A stretch of 64,000 nucleotides of DNA from contig OZ244252.1 of the NCBI GenBank assembly GCA_965217185.1, forward strand, positions 3,776,001 through 3,840,000, written 5' to 3'. Below are positions 47,387 to 58,746 of the stretch, piece by piece; the first letter of the stretch is position 1; each line of letters begins with the position of its first letter. This stretch comes from an uncultured Candidatus Entotheonella sp. Its GTDB lineage: Bacteria; Tectomicrobia; Entotheonellia; Entotheonellales; Entotheonellaceae. A program made the position numbers and the translations under genes. A model generated the notes under the pieces. The model was given only the letters and a program-made list of their open reading frames with translations, was not told the origin of the DNA and did not search any database.

Positions 47387-48691
47387 ATGCCTCGCCTGCT
47401 TTTCCTTGCTGTCGCGCTGCTCGGTTTGGCCCTGTTGCTGGGCTCGCCGACCCCGGCAGCCGATTCCCACGTCGATGTTCATCTCGTCGAGGGCATCATC
47501 AATCCCGTCGTCGTGGAATACATGATTCAAGGCATCGAGGAGGCCGAGGCCGGCAACGCCAGCGCGGTCATTTTTCAGCTCGACACCCCCGGCGGCCTGG
47601 TGGAATCGACCCGCCTGATCGTCAAGGCGATCCTGAACGCCAACGTGCCGGTGGTGGTGTACGTATCGCCGAGCGGCGCCCGAGCGGCTTCGGCCGGCAC
47701 CTTCATCACCATCGCCGGGCACGTCGCGGCCATGGCGCCGGGCACCAACATTGGCGCCGCGCATCCCGTTTCCGGGGGAGGCTCCGACATTGAGGGCGAC
47801 ATGCGCGCCAAAGCGGAAAACGACCTCGCCGCCTTCGCCCGCGCCATCGCCAACCAGCGGCAGAAAAACGCCGATTGGGCCGAGGAGGCGGTGCGCGAGA
47901 GCGTGTCGATCACCGAAACGCGCGCCTTGGAAATCGACGTCATCGACATCGTTGCCGAAGACCTCGCCGACCTGCTCGCCCAACTCGACGGCCGCGAGGT
48001 AGAGGTGGGGGGCGATTCGGTCACCCTGCGCACGGCGGACGCCACCATGGTGTCGAAGCAGATGAGTTGGCGCCAGCGCGTGCTCGCGGTGATCTCTCAT
48101 CCGCAATTCGCCCTGATGCTGCTGAGCCTGGGCTCGCTGGGCCTGATGATCGAACTGTACAACCCGGGGCTGATTTTTCCTGGCGTCATCGGCGCCATTT
48201 CCCTGCTGCTGGCCTTCTACTCGCTGCAGACGCTGCCGATTAACTATGCCGGGCTGCTGCTGATCGGATTGAGCATGGTCATGTTCATTCTGGAAGCCAG
48301 TGTCGCCAGCTTTGGCATGCTGACGCTGGGCGGCGTGGTGGCCATGTTCCTGGGCGCGCTCATGCTGATCGACTCCCCAGAGGAATACCTGCGCATCCCG
48401 TTGAGCACGATTATTGTGGTTGTCGGCACCACCGCGGCCCTGTTTACGTTTATCATTGGCGCTGCGGTGCGCGGCTTTCGCAACCAGCCGGTCACTGGCT
48501 CAGAGGGTATGATCGGCGAGATCGGCACGGTGTTCGCCCGCCTCGAACCGAACGGCACCGTGCAGTGGCGCGGCTCCCTGTGGAGCGCCAGGAGCGCCTC
48601 GGACATCGAGGTTGGCGAAGCGGTGCGCATTGTGGAGGTTGACGGACTGAAATTGACCGTTGAGAAGGCTGCAAAGGAGAAGTTTTCATGA
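47387..48691 (+). CDS. nfeD: NfeD membrane serine protease (long form)
   Basis: DTPGG, AASAG, GAAHP, C-terminal OB domain. Confidence 0.9.
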   Translation: MPRLLFLAVALLGLALLLGSPTPAADSHVDVHLVEGIINPVVVEYMIQGIEEAEAGNASAVIFQLDTPGGLVESTRLIVKAILNANVPVVVYVSPSGARAASAGTFITIAGHVAAMAPGTNIGAAHPVSGGGSDIEGDMRAKAENDLAAFARAIANQRQKNADWAEEAVRESVSITETRALEIDVIDIVAEDLADLLAQLDGREVEVGGDSVTLRTADATMVSKQMSWRQRVLAVISHPQFALMLLSLGSLGLMIELYNPGLIFPGVIGAISLLLAFYSLQTLPINYAGLLLIGLSMVMFILEASVASFGMLTLGGVVAMFLGALMLIDSPEEYLRIPLSTIIVVVGTTAALFTFIIGAAVRGFRNQPVTGSEGMIGEIGTVFARLEPNGTVQWRGSLWSARSASDIEVGEAVRIVEVDGLKLTVEKAAKEKFS

Positions 48692-49563
48692 TGCTGTCGC
48701 AGGTTGGGTTCGTCCTTGTTGTTGTTTTGCTCCTCCTCGTCAACGCTGTCCGAATTCTGCGCGAGTGGGAGCGCGGCGTCGTGCTGCGCCTCGGCAGGTA
48801 TCAGGCCGTACGAGGGCCGGGGCTGGTCTTTATCATTCCGCTCATCGAGAAGATGCACAGGATCAACACGCGGGTGGTGAACGTGGACGTGCCGCCACAG
48901 GACATCATTACCAAGGACAATGTCACCCTGAAGGTCAACGCCGTCGTCTTCTTCCGGATTCTCAGCCCCAAAGAGGCGGTGGTGAACGTCGAGGATTTCT
49001 TTTCGGCGACCTACCAGAAGGCCCAGACGGTGTTGCGCAATGTGCTGGGGCAGTTCGAATTGGATGAATTGCTAAGCGAACGGGACATCATCAACCATCG
49101 CCTGCAGACGATTCTGGATTCCGAGACCGATCAGTGGGGGATCAAGGTCGATTCGGTGGAGATCAAGCACGTGGACCTGCCGCAGGAAATGCAGCGCGCC
49201 ATGGCCCGGCAGGCGGAGGCCGAACGCGAGCGGCGTTCGAAGATCATCGCTGCAGAGGGCGAGTTTCAGGCGTCAACGCGGCTGGCCGAGGCTGCCAGCA
49301 TCATGGGCCGTCACCCCATCGCATTGCAGTTGCGCTTTCTGCAAACCCTCACGGAGGTGGCGGTGGAGAACAATTCGACGATTGTCTTTCCGGTACCCAT
49401 TGATCTCATCAAGCCGTTGATGGGCATGGCTGAAGGGACCCTGCCGTCTGGCAATGGCGGCCCTCCCGCCAACAACGCCGATGGCGGCGACGCGCCTGCA
49501 GCGGTCGAGGAAATCGCGGTGGCCAGCGGTCAGGAAGCAGAGGTCAGTGAGGCAAGCGAGTAA
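48688..49563 (+). CDS. SPFH/stomatin-family protein
   Basis: [38 protein letters not shown]. Confidence 0.93.
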   Translation: MMLSQVGFVLVVVLLLLVNAVRILREWERGVVLRLGRYQAVRGPGLVFIIPLIEKMHRINTRVVNVDVPPQDIITKDNVTLKVNAVVFFRILSPKEAVVNVEDFFSATYQKAQTVLRNVLGQFELDELLSERDIINHRLQTILDSETDQWGIKVDSVEIKHVDLPQEMQRAMARQAEAERERRSKIIAAEGEFQASTRLAEAASIMGRHPIALQLRFLQTLTEVAVENNSTIVFPVPIDLIKPLMGMAEGTLPSGNGGPPANNADGGDAPAAVEEIAVASGQEAEVSEASE

Positions 49564-49582
49564 GGTATGAACAGCGTGACAG

Positions 49583-50758
49583 GTGTTGCCATTGGCAGAG
49601 ATTAAGCAAATGGTCCAGAGCCGGCTGTTTTCCGAGGCGGCCGGCGAGCAGCCAAAGTTGAGGCGCGGCCAGTGTCAAACCCGTGGCAAGGTAGCGATAC
49701 ACTTTGATCGAGCCGAGAACCTGTATGCGGATTGGCCGATGCCGACGTGTATCATCTCCGACGGTCCTTACGGCGTGGGCGGGTTTCCCGGAGATTGCCA
49801 TGATGCGGAATCCCTGCACGAGTGGTACGAACCGCACGTCAAGGCGTGGAGCGAACGGGCCACGCCCGAGACGACATTGTGGTTCTGGAACACCGAGGCA
49901 GGCTGGGCCAACGTCCATCCGGTTCTGGTTGCGCAGGGCTGGGAGTATCGCTGTTGCAACATCTGGGACAAGGGCTTGGGCCACGTTGCTGGCAATGCGA
50001 ATACGCAGACCCTGAGAAAATTTCCCGTCGTTACCGAAGTTTGCGTCCACTACGTCAAGGCCGCAACGTTTCGGGTTCAGGATGAAGTCTTGACCATGCA
50101 GGCGTGGCTTCGCCATGAGTGGAAGCGCGCCGGGTTGCCTCTTAGGCTGGCTAACGAGGCGTGTGGTGTGCGTAACGCTGCTACGAGAAAGTACCTCACC
50201 GCCGACCACCTCTGGTATTACCCCCCGGTTGACACCTTCGTGAAATTGGCCGCCTATGCCAACGAGCATGGTGACCCGAGAGATCGCCCCTATTTCAGCA
50301 CGGACGGGAAAGGACCTCTATCCGGCGAGCAGTGGTCGAGGCTGCGAGCAAAATTCAAATGTGAGGTTGGAGTTACGAACGTCTGGCGCGAACCGCAGGT
50401 CGGTGGGTCAGAACGTATACAAGGGTCGAGAAATGGAATGAAGTACAAGTTTCGCAGCCTGCACGGCAGCCAGAAACCGCTGAAGCTCATCGACTTGATT
50501 ATTCGAGCGTCGACGGACCGTGGCGATGTTGTTTGGGAGCCTTTCGGCGGGCTGTGTCCTGGCGCCATCGTGTCCTATCACCTCGACCGCGAATACCACG
50601 GCGCGGAGACGATTTCCGAATTCTACGCGGCAGCGGTGGAGAGGTTGCGAAGGTCGGCTTCCTTATGGCCGCAAGGGGTTGATCATGGCGCCATCACTGC
50701 CGACCCGAGAATCCGTGAACGAATGGGAGCACTTCCCGCTATACAGAAACATCCGTGA
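49583..50758 (+). CDS. N4C/N6A DNA methyltransferase, beta class
   Basis: IISDGPY, NVW, H.SQKPL.L, VWEPFGG; start uncertain. Confidence 0.85.
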   Translation: MLPLAEIKQMVQSRLFSEAAGEQPKLRRGQCQTRGKVAIHFDRAENLYADWPMPTCIISDGPYGVGGFPGDCHDAESLHEWYEPHVKAWSERATPETTLWFWNTEAGWANVHPVLVAQGWEYRCCNIWDKGLGHVAGNANTQTLRKFPVVTEVCVHYVKAATFRVQDEVLTMQAWLRHEWKRAGLPLRLANEACGVRNAATRKYLTADHLWYYPPVDTFVKLAAYANEHGDPRDRPYFSTDGKGPLSGEQWSRLRAKFKCEVGVTNVWREPQVGGSERIQGSRNGMKYKFRSLHGSQKPLKLIDLIIRASTDRGDVVWEPFGGLCPGAIVSYHLDREYHGAETISEFYAAAVERLRRSASLWPQGVDHGAITADPRIRERMGALPAIQKHP

Positions 50759-51599
50759 GGCGATCGCCTCTTTGCCTTTGTACTTCCGCACCGAAACGCA
50801 CATTTCTGGCATCATGGCGACCGATCTTCACACGTTGAACACGGTATTGGGGGCGACGATTGAGGATCAGGTTGTGCGGACACTGAATCTGGTTCGCAAT
50901 ACCTGGGATTCGGATGGAACGTACTCGCTATACAGTTTTGTCAGACAAGCACAGACATTCCCCGACATTCTCCTGCGTCAGGTTTCAAGCGGTGAGGTTT
51001 TGCTGGGCATCGAGCTTAAAGGTTGGTATTTGTTGGCGAAGGAAGCAGAGCCGAGCCTGAGGTTTCAAGTCACAATTGATGCCTGCACGAGGCAGGATTT
51101 GATCGTCGTCGTGCCTTGGGCATTGGGGAACGTCATTAGCGGCTCCCCCATTCTCTTTGAACCCTTTGTCGAGTCTGCGCGGTACGCTGCCGCATACCGA
51201 AATTATCATTGGCAACACGTGCGGCGAACGAGACAACAGACCGACATAGACACCCCTGATCGCGTCACCCCCTATCCCAACAAATCCGACCAGATTCTCG
51301 ACAGGCCCCGAGCCGATGGCGGTGGCAATTTCGGCCGGTTGGCGCGGACGGGGACGATGGACACCTACCTGCAGAAGCTCGACGACGTACAGCTTTGTGG
51401 AATCAAAACGGTTTACTGGCGGGAGTTCCTGAAGACGTTCCAGGAAAATACGTCGGACCTTCAGGTCCGTACAGCATTGGAACGGTTAAGGCAGCGGGTG
51501 CAAAGGGGCACGGACATTCCGTCGCCAAAATCCAGGTCGGCTCTGGCGGTCATTACGGAACTCGAAGCCCTGCTCGACTTGGACGAATCCGACGAGTAA
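50685..51599 (+). CDS. Putative PD-(D/E)xK restriction endonuclease
   Basis: FPDILL...GIELKGW, overlapping the MTase 3' end. Confidence 0.7.
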   Translation: MAPSLPTRESVNEWEHFPLYRNIREAIASLPLYFRTETHISGIMATDLHTLNTVLGATIEDQVVRTLNLVRNTWDSDGTYSLYSFVRQAQTFPDILLRQVSSGEVLLGIELKGWYLLAKEAEPSLRFQVTIDACTRQDLIVVVPWALGNVISGSPILFEPFVESARYAAAYRNYHWQHVRRTRQQTDIDTPDRVTPYPNKSDQILDRPRADGGGNFGRLARTGTMDTYLQKLDDVQLCGIKTVYWREFLKTFQENTSDLQVRTALERLRQRVQRGTDIPSPKSRSALAVITELEALLDLDESDE

Positions 51600-51637
51600 A
51601 GCCAGAACGAGAAAGATTTCCGGCTGGCCGCGCGGAT

Positions 51638-52267
51638 TTACCGCGGCACTTCCAGAATCGCCTGCACCATGCGGCGCTCCAGCGTCTGGCCCAGGCGTTG
51701 CGTGAGGGCTTGCTGGGTGTAGTTGCCCAGCGTGACTACGTACGCCACGCCCAGCAGCCGACCCACCCGGAAATCCACCACCGTGGACGATACGGGGCCT
51801 TCCGGGCTGCTCTGCAACACGCGCAGTCCCGCGGTCTCGTCCGCAAAGCCCTTGAATTGCAGGCGTTCCGCCACCAGCAAGTGCTGCCCCGGATGAATTT
51901 CCTCATCGAGCCGTGACTCGAAATCCCGCAGAAAGACCTCCTCGATCCAGCGCGACACGGAATGTGTTTCGTCGAATAGATGCACCACGATGGACGCTGC
52001 CAGGATGAACCCCGGCGGGATCTTGCGGCTCTCAGGCGCCGCCGGCAGGAATTCTTGCAGGTATCCCGTCAGGCGCCCCACTCCCCGGAAGCGCTCGGCG
52101 GTGCTGCCCGGCAGACCCTGCTTCGCTAGGCTGTGGTTGTCCAGAAAGCCCGTGCGCGCCGGTATGAAGTCGCGCAGCGGCGCCGGCAAATCCGTACGGC
52201 TCAGGACCATGCGCGGCAGGTCGTCCGCCGTAATCGCCTGGGTGACTTGATGGAACACCTCGGACAT
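51638..52267 (-). CDS. Hypothetical protein
   Basis: 209 aa ORF, SD aaggtg, backbone-like codon usage. Confidence 0.6.
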   Translation of the reverse strand: MSEVFHQVTQAITADDLPRMVLSRTDLPAPLRDFIPARTGFLDNHSLAKQGLPGSTAERFRGVGRLTGYLQEFLPAAPESRKIPPGFILAASIVVHLFDETHSVSRWIEEVFLRDFESRLDEEIHPGQHLLVAERLQFKGFADETAGLRVLQSSPEGPVSSTVVDFRVGRLLGVAYVVTLGNYTQQALTQRLGQTLERRMVQAILEVPR

Positions 52268-52363
52268 TGGAACACCTTGAGCAGTCGGTAGGGAACGCTG
52301 GAGTTATGGTATCCTGTCGTTCATTACAGGGTTGGATATTCCGCCACCACCAAAGGAGAGGCC

Positions 52364-52762
<399 letters not shown>

Positions 52763-52768
52763 ATTCCC

Positions 52769-55615
52769 TTATCCCACACCCATCCGCTCAACGATTTTCT
52801 CGACCCGCACAGCGCAGAACTTGAACTCGGGAATTTTGCCGTACGGGTCGAGGGCGTCGATGGTCAGCAGGTTGGCGGCGGCTTCCTTGAAATGAAACGG
52901 CAGAAAGACGCTGCCCGTTGACGGCTTGGTCGACGCCGTCACCTTGACCGTGATCTCGCCCCGCCGCGATAACACCCGCACCCATTCGCCATCCTCGATG
53001 TGCAACGCCGTCATATCCTCCGGCGTCATCTCCAGCAACGCTTCCGGCACCATGGCGTCCAGGGCCTTGGCGCGTCGCGTCATGGTGCCCGTGTGCCAGT
53101 GCTGCAGCACCCGTCCGGTGTTCAGCACCAAGGGGTAATCTGCGTCCGGCAACTCCTTGGCGGGGGCGAATTCGGCGGGCTCGAACTTGCCTTTGCCGCG
53201 CGGGAAGCCGTCGGTGAAACGGATGGGCACGCCCGGATGCTGGGGTTCCGGGCACGGCCACGGAATGCCCTCGTGCGCCAGCCGCTCGTAGGTAATGCCG
53301 GTGAATTCGGGCGTCAGGGACACGATCTCCCGCCAGATGGCCTCCTCCGAGGCGTACGACATCGGGTAGCCCATGCGCGCCGCAAGGTCGGCGATGATCC
53401 GCCAGTCGTCGCGCACCTGCCCCGGCGGGTCGATGGCCTGCCGGGCAAGCTGCACGCGCGAATCCGTGTTGGTAAAGGTGCCGGTCTTCTCGGGAAAGCT
53501 CGTGCCCGGCAGGATCACGTCGGCGTACGCCGCGGTTTCGGTGAGGAAGATGTCCTGCACCACCAGGAAATCCATGCTGGCCAGGCACTTCTTCACCTTG
53601 TTGATGTTGGGATCGCTCAGAAAGGGGTTCTCGCCCATCATGAACATCGCCCGGATGTTGCCCTCCAGCACCGCGGACATGATCTCCACCACCGTAAGGC
53701 CCGGTTCGGGGTCGAGCCCGACGCCCCAGACGTCCTCGAATTTCCGCCGCACCTCGGCGTCCGCGACGCTCTGATAGCCGGTGTAGACCATGGGAATGAG
53801 CCCGACGTCCGAGGCGCCCTGTACGTTGTTCTGGCCGCGCAAGGGGTGCAGGCCAGTGCCGGGCCGGCCGATGTTGCCGGTGAGCAGCGCCAGGTTAATG
53901 AGGCAGCGGGAGTTGTCGGTGCCGGTGGTGTGCTGCGAGATGCCCATGCCCCAGAAGATCATGGCGCGCTTGGCCCGCCCGTAGGCGCGGGCCACGTCGA
54001 TCACCTTCTGCTCCGGCACCCCGGTGAGGCGTGATACCAGGCGCGGTGTGTAGGCGATCACGGTGTCGCGCAGGCGGTCGAAGGCCTCGGTGCGCTCTTC
54101 GATGAACTCGGCGTCGTAAAGCTCCTCGCGGATGATGACGTGCATCAGGCCGTTGAGGAAGGCCACGTCGGTGCCGGGGTTGAAGCGCACGTAATGGTCG
54201 GCGTGGTCGGCGATTTCGGGCCGTCGCGGGTCGGCGACGAGTAGCGTGGTGCCGGCGTTGGCGGCCTGCTTGATGAACGTTGCCGCCACCGGGTGGTTGT
54301 GTGTGGTATTGGAGCCGATGATGAAGATGGCGTCGGTGTCCAGCGCGTCGGAAAACGGGTTCGAAACCGAGCCGCCGCCGATCTGGTCGAGCAAGGCGGC
54401 CACCGAGGAGGCGTGGCATAGCCGTGTGCAGTGATCGACGTTGTTGGTGCCGAAGACGGCGCGGATGAGCTTCTGGAACAGGTAGTTGTCCTCATTCGAG
54501 CACTTGGCGGAGCCGAAGCCGGCCAGCGCCTGGCTGCCGTGCGCTTCCCGGACGGCCATGAAGCGCTGCGCCGCCAAGTCGAGGGCCTCGTCCCAGGTGG
54601 CTTCCCGGAACGCCTGGTGCGGGTCGGCGGGCGGCTCGGGGAACTTCGGGTAGTACTCCGGCTTGCGAATCAGCGGCACCAGCAGGCGCTCGCCGTGGTG
54701 CACGTAATCGAAGCCGTAACGGCCTTTGACGCACAACCGGCCATGATTTACCGGACTGGCGCGGCCCGACACCTGCACGATGGTGTTGGCCTCCGGATTG
54801 ACCGTGTACGTGATGCTGCACCCGACGCCGCAGTATGGGCACAGGGAGTCGACTTGTTTGTGATCGACGTCCGTCAGCATCGGCAGAGTCAGGGGCTTGT
54901 CGGTCAGGGCGCCGGTCGGGCAGGCGGCCATGCACTCGCCGCAGGAAACGCAGCTCGACTGGCCCATCGGCAGGTCGTTGTCGAAGGAAATGCGCGCCGT
55001 GTAACCCTTGCCGGTGCGCCCGATGACATCGTTGCACTGCACGTCGTCGCAGGCGCGGATGCAGCGGTCGCACAGGATGCAGGCGTTGTGATCGACGGCG
55101 ATGACCGATGACGACAGGTCGTGTCCGTTATCAAAGCTTGCTAGCAATTGGCGGGCGGGAAAGCGCGGCGTCGTGACGCCCTGCGCGGCGGCCAGTTCCA
55201 GCAGCAGGTCGGGCTTGCCGGCTTGCCGCGGCGGGGCCGGCTTGCCGTTGGCGGTGGGATAGTCGGACATAAGCAATTCGGTCAGCATGGCCCGCGACCG
55301 CGTTACCTTGTCGCCGTTCGTGTGCACCACCATGCCGTCCTCGGCCTGGCGCACGCAGGCGGCCTGCAGCACGCGGTTTCCCTCCACTTCGACCACGCAC
55401 ATGCGGCAGACGCCAACTGGCTCCAGCTTGGGCGAGTGGCACAGCACGGGAACGTCGATTCCCGCCTGTTGGGCGGCCTCGTACAGGGTCGTGCCGGGCG
55501 CCACGTCGAGTGATTGGCCGTCCATCGTGATGCGGACACCACTCGCCGTGCTCGTGCTGTCTTGTCCTATACGCTCACTGGCGTTCGCTGTGGCGTTTGC
55601 GCTGGCTTCAGACAT
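52769..55615 (-). CDS. fdhF: Formate dehydrogenase alpha subunit (Cys type) with N-terminal Fe-S domains
   Basis: CPYCGVGC, DHCTRLCHAS, LRGQNNVQG, PEFKFCA. Confidence 0.9.
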   Translation of the reverse strand: MSEASANATANASERIGQDSTSTASGVRITMDGQSLDVAPGTTLYEAAQQAGIDVPVLCHSPKLEPVGVCRMCVVEVEGNRVLQAACVRQAEDGMVVHTNGDKVTRSRAMLTELLMSDYPTANGKPAPPRQAGKPDLLLELAAAQGVTTPRFPARQLLASFDNGHDLSSSVIAVDHNACILCDRCIRACDDVQCNDVIGRTGKGYTARISFDNDLPMGQSSCVSCGECMAACPTGALTDKPLTLPMLTDVDHKQVDSLCPYCGVGCSITYTVNPEANTIVQVSGRASPVNHGRLCVKGRYGFDYVHHGERLLVPLIRKPEYYPKFPEPPADPHQAFREATWDEALDLAAQRFMAVREAHGSQALAGFGSAKCSNEDNYLFQKLIRAVFGTNNVDHCTRLCHASSVAALLDQIGGGSVSNPFSDALDTDAIFIIGSNTTHNHPVAATFIKQAANAGTTLLVADPRRPEIADHADHYVRFNPGTDVAFLNGLMHVIIREELYDAEFIEERTEAFDRLRDTVIAYTPRLVSRLTGVPEQKVIDVARAYGRAKRAMIFWGMGISQHTTGTDNSRCLINLALLTGNIGRPGTGLHPLRGQNNVQGASDVGLIPMVYTGYQSVADAEVRRKFEDVWGVGLDPEPGLTVVEIMSAVLEGNIRAMFMMGENPFLSDPNINKVKKCLASMDFLVVQDIFLTETAAYADVILPGTSFPEKTGTFTNTDSRVQLARQAIDPPGQVRDDWRIIADLAARMGYPMSYASEEAIWREIVSLTPEFTGITYERLAHEGIPWPCPEPQHPGVPIRFTDGFPRGKGKFEPAEFAPAKELPDADYPLVLNTGRVLQHWHTGTMTRRAKALDAMVPEALLEMTPEDMTALHIEDGEWVRVLSRRGEITVKVTASTKPSTGSVFLPFHFKEAAANLLTIDALDPYGKIPEFKFCAVRVEKIVERMGVG

Positions 55616-55637
55616 GGGTGCTACCTCGCTCCGCTGA

Positions 55638-57269
55638 TCACGCCGCGATGTAGCGGGTGATGTCGTCCTTGAAGTGCTTGATGACCGACAAGATGGGGTT
55701 CGGCGCCGCCTGGCCCAGGCCGCAGATCGAGGTCAGCGCCATCGTTGCCGATAGTTCCTCGATGAGTTCCAGGTCGGCCCACGAGCCGTTCCCCGCCAGA
55801 ATGCCTTCCAGGAGCGTGACGATCTTCTCTGATCCGACCCGGCAGGGCACGCACTTGCCGCACGATTCGTTGCGGAAGAAACGCCCGACGTTGAGGGCCA
55901 ACTCCAGCATGCAAACGTCGTCGCCAACGACCACCAACGCGCCCGATCCGAGCATCGAGCCGGCCTCCGCCAGGGTGCGGAAGTCCAAGGAGATGTCGGC
56001 CATGCTGGCGGGCAGAAAGCCGGACGACGCGCCGCCGGGGGCAAAAGCCTTGAGGGTGCGGCCGTACCGCATGCCGCCGGCGCGTTCGATCAGTTCATGC
56101 ACCGTCAGGCCGAGGGGCACCTCGTACACGCCGGGGTTCTTGACCTGACCGCTGACCGCCAGGAATTTCAGACCCTTGGCGCCGTTCTTGCCGTGTTCGG
56201 CCCACCAGTCGCCGCCGTTGAGAACGATGCCGGGCACCATGGCGAAGGTTTCGACGTTGTTCAACAACGTGGGCGCGCCGAACAGCCCGTGCGTGCCCGG
56301 AAAGGGCGGCTTGTGGCGCGGCTCGGCCCGTTTGTCCTCCAGGGCTTCGAGGAGGGCGGTTTCCTCGCCGCAGATGTAACCGCCGGGGCTCTCGAAAATC
56401 TCGAACTCCACGTGGTGCGCGGACCCCATCATGTAGGGGCCGAGGATGCCCTCGTCCTGCCGTTGCCGCAGCGTCTTGAGCAGCACGTCGCGCTGGCGGG
56501 CGTATTCGTGGCGGATGTAGATGATGGCCTTGCGCGCCCCCACGGTCAACGCCGCCAAGGCCATGCCCTCCAGTACCAGATCGGGTAGTGTCTGCAAGAT
56601 GACGCGATCCTTGAACGTCCCCGGCTCGCTCTCGTCAGCGTTGCAGATGACGTACTTCACTTCGCCCGGCGCCTGTTGCACCAACTCCCACTTGACGCCG
56701 GTGGGAAATCCGGCGCCGCCCATGCCGCGCAGACCGCTCGCCTTGAGGGCTGCGAGCACCGCGGCGCTGTCGCCGCCGTGGACCAGACGGCGCAGCGCAT
56801 CGTATGTCGATGCGCCGTCGTAGGGATCGCAGACGAACGCCGTACCGGGCGCGGAGTAACGCTGCCGCCGCAGGGTGCGCCCGCTGGCCAACGACTCGAG
56901 CAGGGACATGATGCGCTGGGCGCTCGCTTCGGTGTAGATCTGGTCGTTCACAACGATGGCGGGCGCGCCGTCGCATTGCCCCAGGCACGCCGTGGTGCCC
57001 ACCTGCGTGTCCTCCGTCAAAGGCGAGGCATCTACCGCGGTGCGGGCGATGGCCTGCAAGTCCGTGGCGCCGCGCAACAGGCAGGCCATGTCGTGGCATA
57101 CCCGGATGTCGACTTTGGGAGGCGGCTGCAAGCGAAAATGGGGGTAGAAACTGGCCAATCCATGCAGGCGATACAGGGGTATGTTGATGCGGCGGGAGAG
57201 GGCCTGTAATTCTTCTACAGGCAGGTACGAGTGGGTTTTCTGGATCAGGTTGAGTTCCTGAATAATCAT
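55638..57269 (-). CDS. NuoE/F-like fused NADH-binding FDH beta subunit
   Basis: CHDMAC, GMGGAGFP, NADESEPG, YICGEET, ESCGKCVPCR, ICGLG. Confidence 0.9.
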   Translation of the reverse strand: MIIQELNLIQKTHSYLPVEELQALSRRINIPLYRLHGLASFYPHFRLQPPPKVDIRVCHDMACLLRGATDLQAIARTAVDASPLTEDTQVGTTACLGQCDGAPAIVVNDQIYTEASAQRIMSLLESLASGRTLRRQRYSAPGTAFVCDPYDGASTYDALRRLVHGGDSAAVLAALKASGLRGMGGAGFPTGVKWELVQQAPGEVKYVICNADESEPGTFKDRVILQTLPDLVLEGMALAALTVGARKAIIYIRHEYARQRDVLLKTLRQRQDEGILGPYMMGSAHHVEFEIFESPGGYICGEETALLEALEDKRAEPRHKPPFPGTHGLFGAPTLLNNVETFAMVPGIVLNGGDWWAEHGKNGAKGLKFLAVSGQVKNPGVYEVPLGLTVHELIERAGGMRYGRTLKAFAPGGASSGFLPASMADISLDFRTLAEAGSMLGSGALVVVGDDVCMLELALNVGRFFRNESCGKCVPCRVGSEKIVTLLEGILAGNGSWADLELIEELSATMALTSICGLGQAAPNPILSVIKHFKDDITRYIAA

Positions 57270-57464
57270 GTAAGGATTGCCCCGCAGCGTGTGACCCGGA
57301 GGGGAAAGGATCGGGCGCAACCTTACCGTGCTTTGGGGGCATCGTCAACACTGCCGAGGGCGTTTCAAACCGGCGTTTGACAGCTTTTGAAGCGGCGTTC
57401 TACACTGCCGTGCGCTCTGGCGCGAACGGCATCCGAAAACCCCGGCATGGCAAGGAGCGAGCCC

Positions 57465-58076
57465 ATGAAAGTTTCACCCGATGGCGTCACGGGCGTTCTG
57501 CTCGCCGGTGGCAACAGCAGCCGTATGGGCCGCAACAAGGCCCTCATGACGCTCGCCGGACAACGCCTCGCTGACCGTGCCTTGGCCGTCTTGCGCGGCC
57601 TCTTTGACGACTTGCTGATGGTCACTAACAGCCCCGACCTGTACGCCGACCTCGGCGTCCGCATGGTGCCCGACCTCGTTGCCGGCAAGGGTGCCCTCGG
57701 CGGCATCCACAGTGCCATCCACCACGCCGCTACGCCATACTGTCTTGTCGTGGCCTGCGACATGCCGTTCCTGAACGCTGACGTCTTGCGCTATCTGGTC
57801 GGGCAGCGAGCGGGGTATGACGTCGTCGTGCCCACCGTGCACGGCAGGCCGCAGCCGCTGCACGCCATCTACGGCAAAGTCTGCTTGCAGCCCATCGCCC
57901 GGCGCCTTGAGACGGATCGCTTGCACGTCGTGGGTTTTTTCCCGGACGTGCGGGTGCGGGAGGTTACGGCGGAGGAACTGGCGGGTTTTGACCCCGAGGG
58001 CCTGTCGTTCCGCAACTTGAACACGCCGGAAGAGTTCGCCGAGGCGGCGCGCCGGCTGGATGCGGCGTCAAGGTGA
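57465..58076 (+). CDS. mobA: Molybdenum cofactor guanylyltransferase
   Basis: LAGGNSSRMGRNK, ACDMP, NLNTP; SD aaggag. Confidence 0.92.
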   Translation: MKVSPDGVTGVLLAGGNSSRMGRNKALMTLAGQRLADRALAVLRGLFDDLLMVTNSPDLYADLGVRMVPDLVAGKGALGGIHSAIHHAATPYCLVVACDMPFLNADVLRYLVGQRAGYDVVVPTVHGRPQPLHAIYGKVCLQPIARRLETDRLHVVGFFPDVRVREVTAEELAGFDPEGLSFRNLNTPEEFAEAARRLDAASR

Positions 58077-58083
58077 TTCCTTC

Positions 58084-58692
58084 TCAAACGGGAAGCACAT
58101 TAAATGTCAACGGCAGGGGATTACGGCCGGTCAAGGCAATTAGCAGGGGCGTCGCACACCCGCGCTCAACGGCCAAATCGGCCATGAGATGAAGGGACAC
58201 CGATGTCGCACTGGGGGGCGCTTCGCTATCAAGTTTTACCGCAGCTACAATGTCCGAAGTATGTACGGTGAGTTCCAAAACACGCGAGGGCAGGTAGTCG
58301 ATCAGCCGTATCCCGCCCACCGGTGTGGTGAGAAGCACATCGTCGGCTTCCCGGTCCACGCGGGCCAGCACGCGACATGCGGTAGTCTGTATGGCTATGC
58401 TCGGGTCGGCTCCGAGTGCTTTCCCCGCCTCTCGCCCCCGCGCGGCCACCATAGCCGGGTCGCCGAGCGACGCCGCGGCGCGAATGTAGTACTCCACCGG
58501 CCGCGTCATCTCAGCCGCCTCAGCCGGATTGTCGAGATAAGCTTCCACCGTTACAAAGGCCCGATTGGTGTGGCCCACCAGATCACAGACCGTCCATTCC
58601 CCCAATGCGGGCTGAGACCACGCTTCACGGTCGATCTGCGCTACCGTGTCAACAAAGAAAGCCGCCGCATCGGCATATGCCTGACGAATCAT
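58084..58692 (-). CDS. DinB/MDMPI-family protein
   Basis: WTVCDLVGH, ELTVHTSDI. Confidence 0.8.
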   Translation of the reverse strand: MIRQAYADAAAFFVDTVAQIDREAWSQPALGEWTVCDLVGHTNRAFVTVEAYLDNPAEAAEMTRPVEYYIRAAASLGDPAMVAARGREAGKALGADPSIAIQTTACRVLARVDREADDVLLTTPVGGIRLIDYLPSRVLELTVHTSDIVAAVKLDSEAPPSATSVSLHLMADLAVERGCATPLLIALTGRNPLPLTFNVLPV

Positions 58693-58746
58693 GGCGTCGC
58701 CTTCTCCATAAGCCCGAAAGACTCGTTGTCTCGAACGGGATGCACA

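Noticed and set aside
54410..54430. Selenocysteine in the FDH active site
   Set aside because: The codon is TGC (Cys) and the frame is uninterrupted
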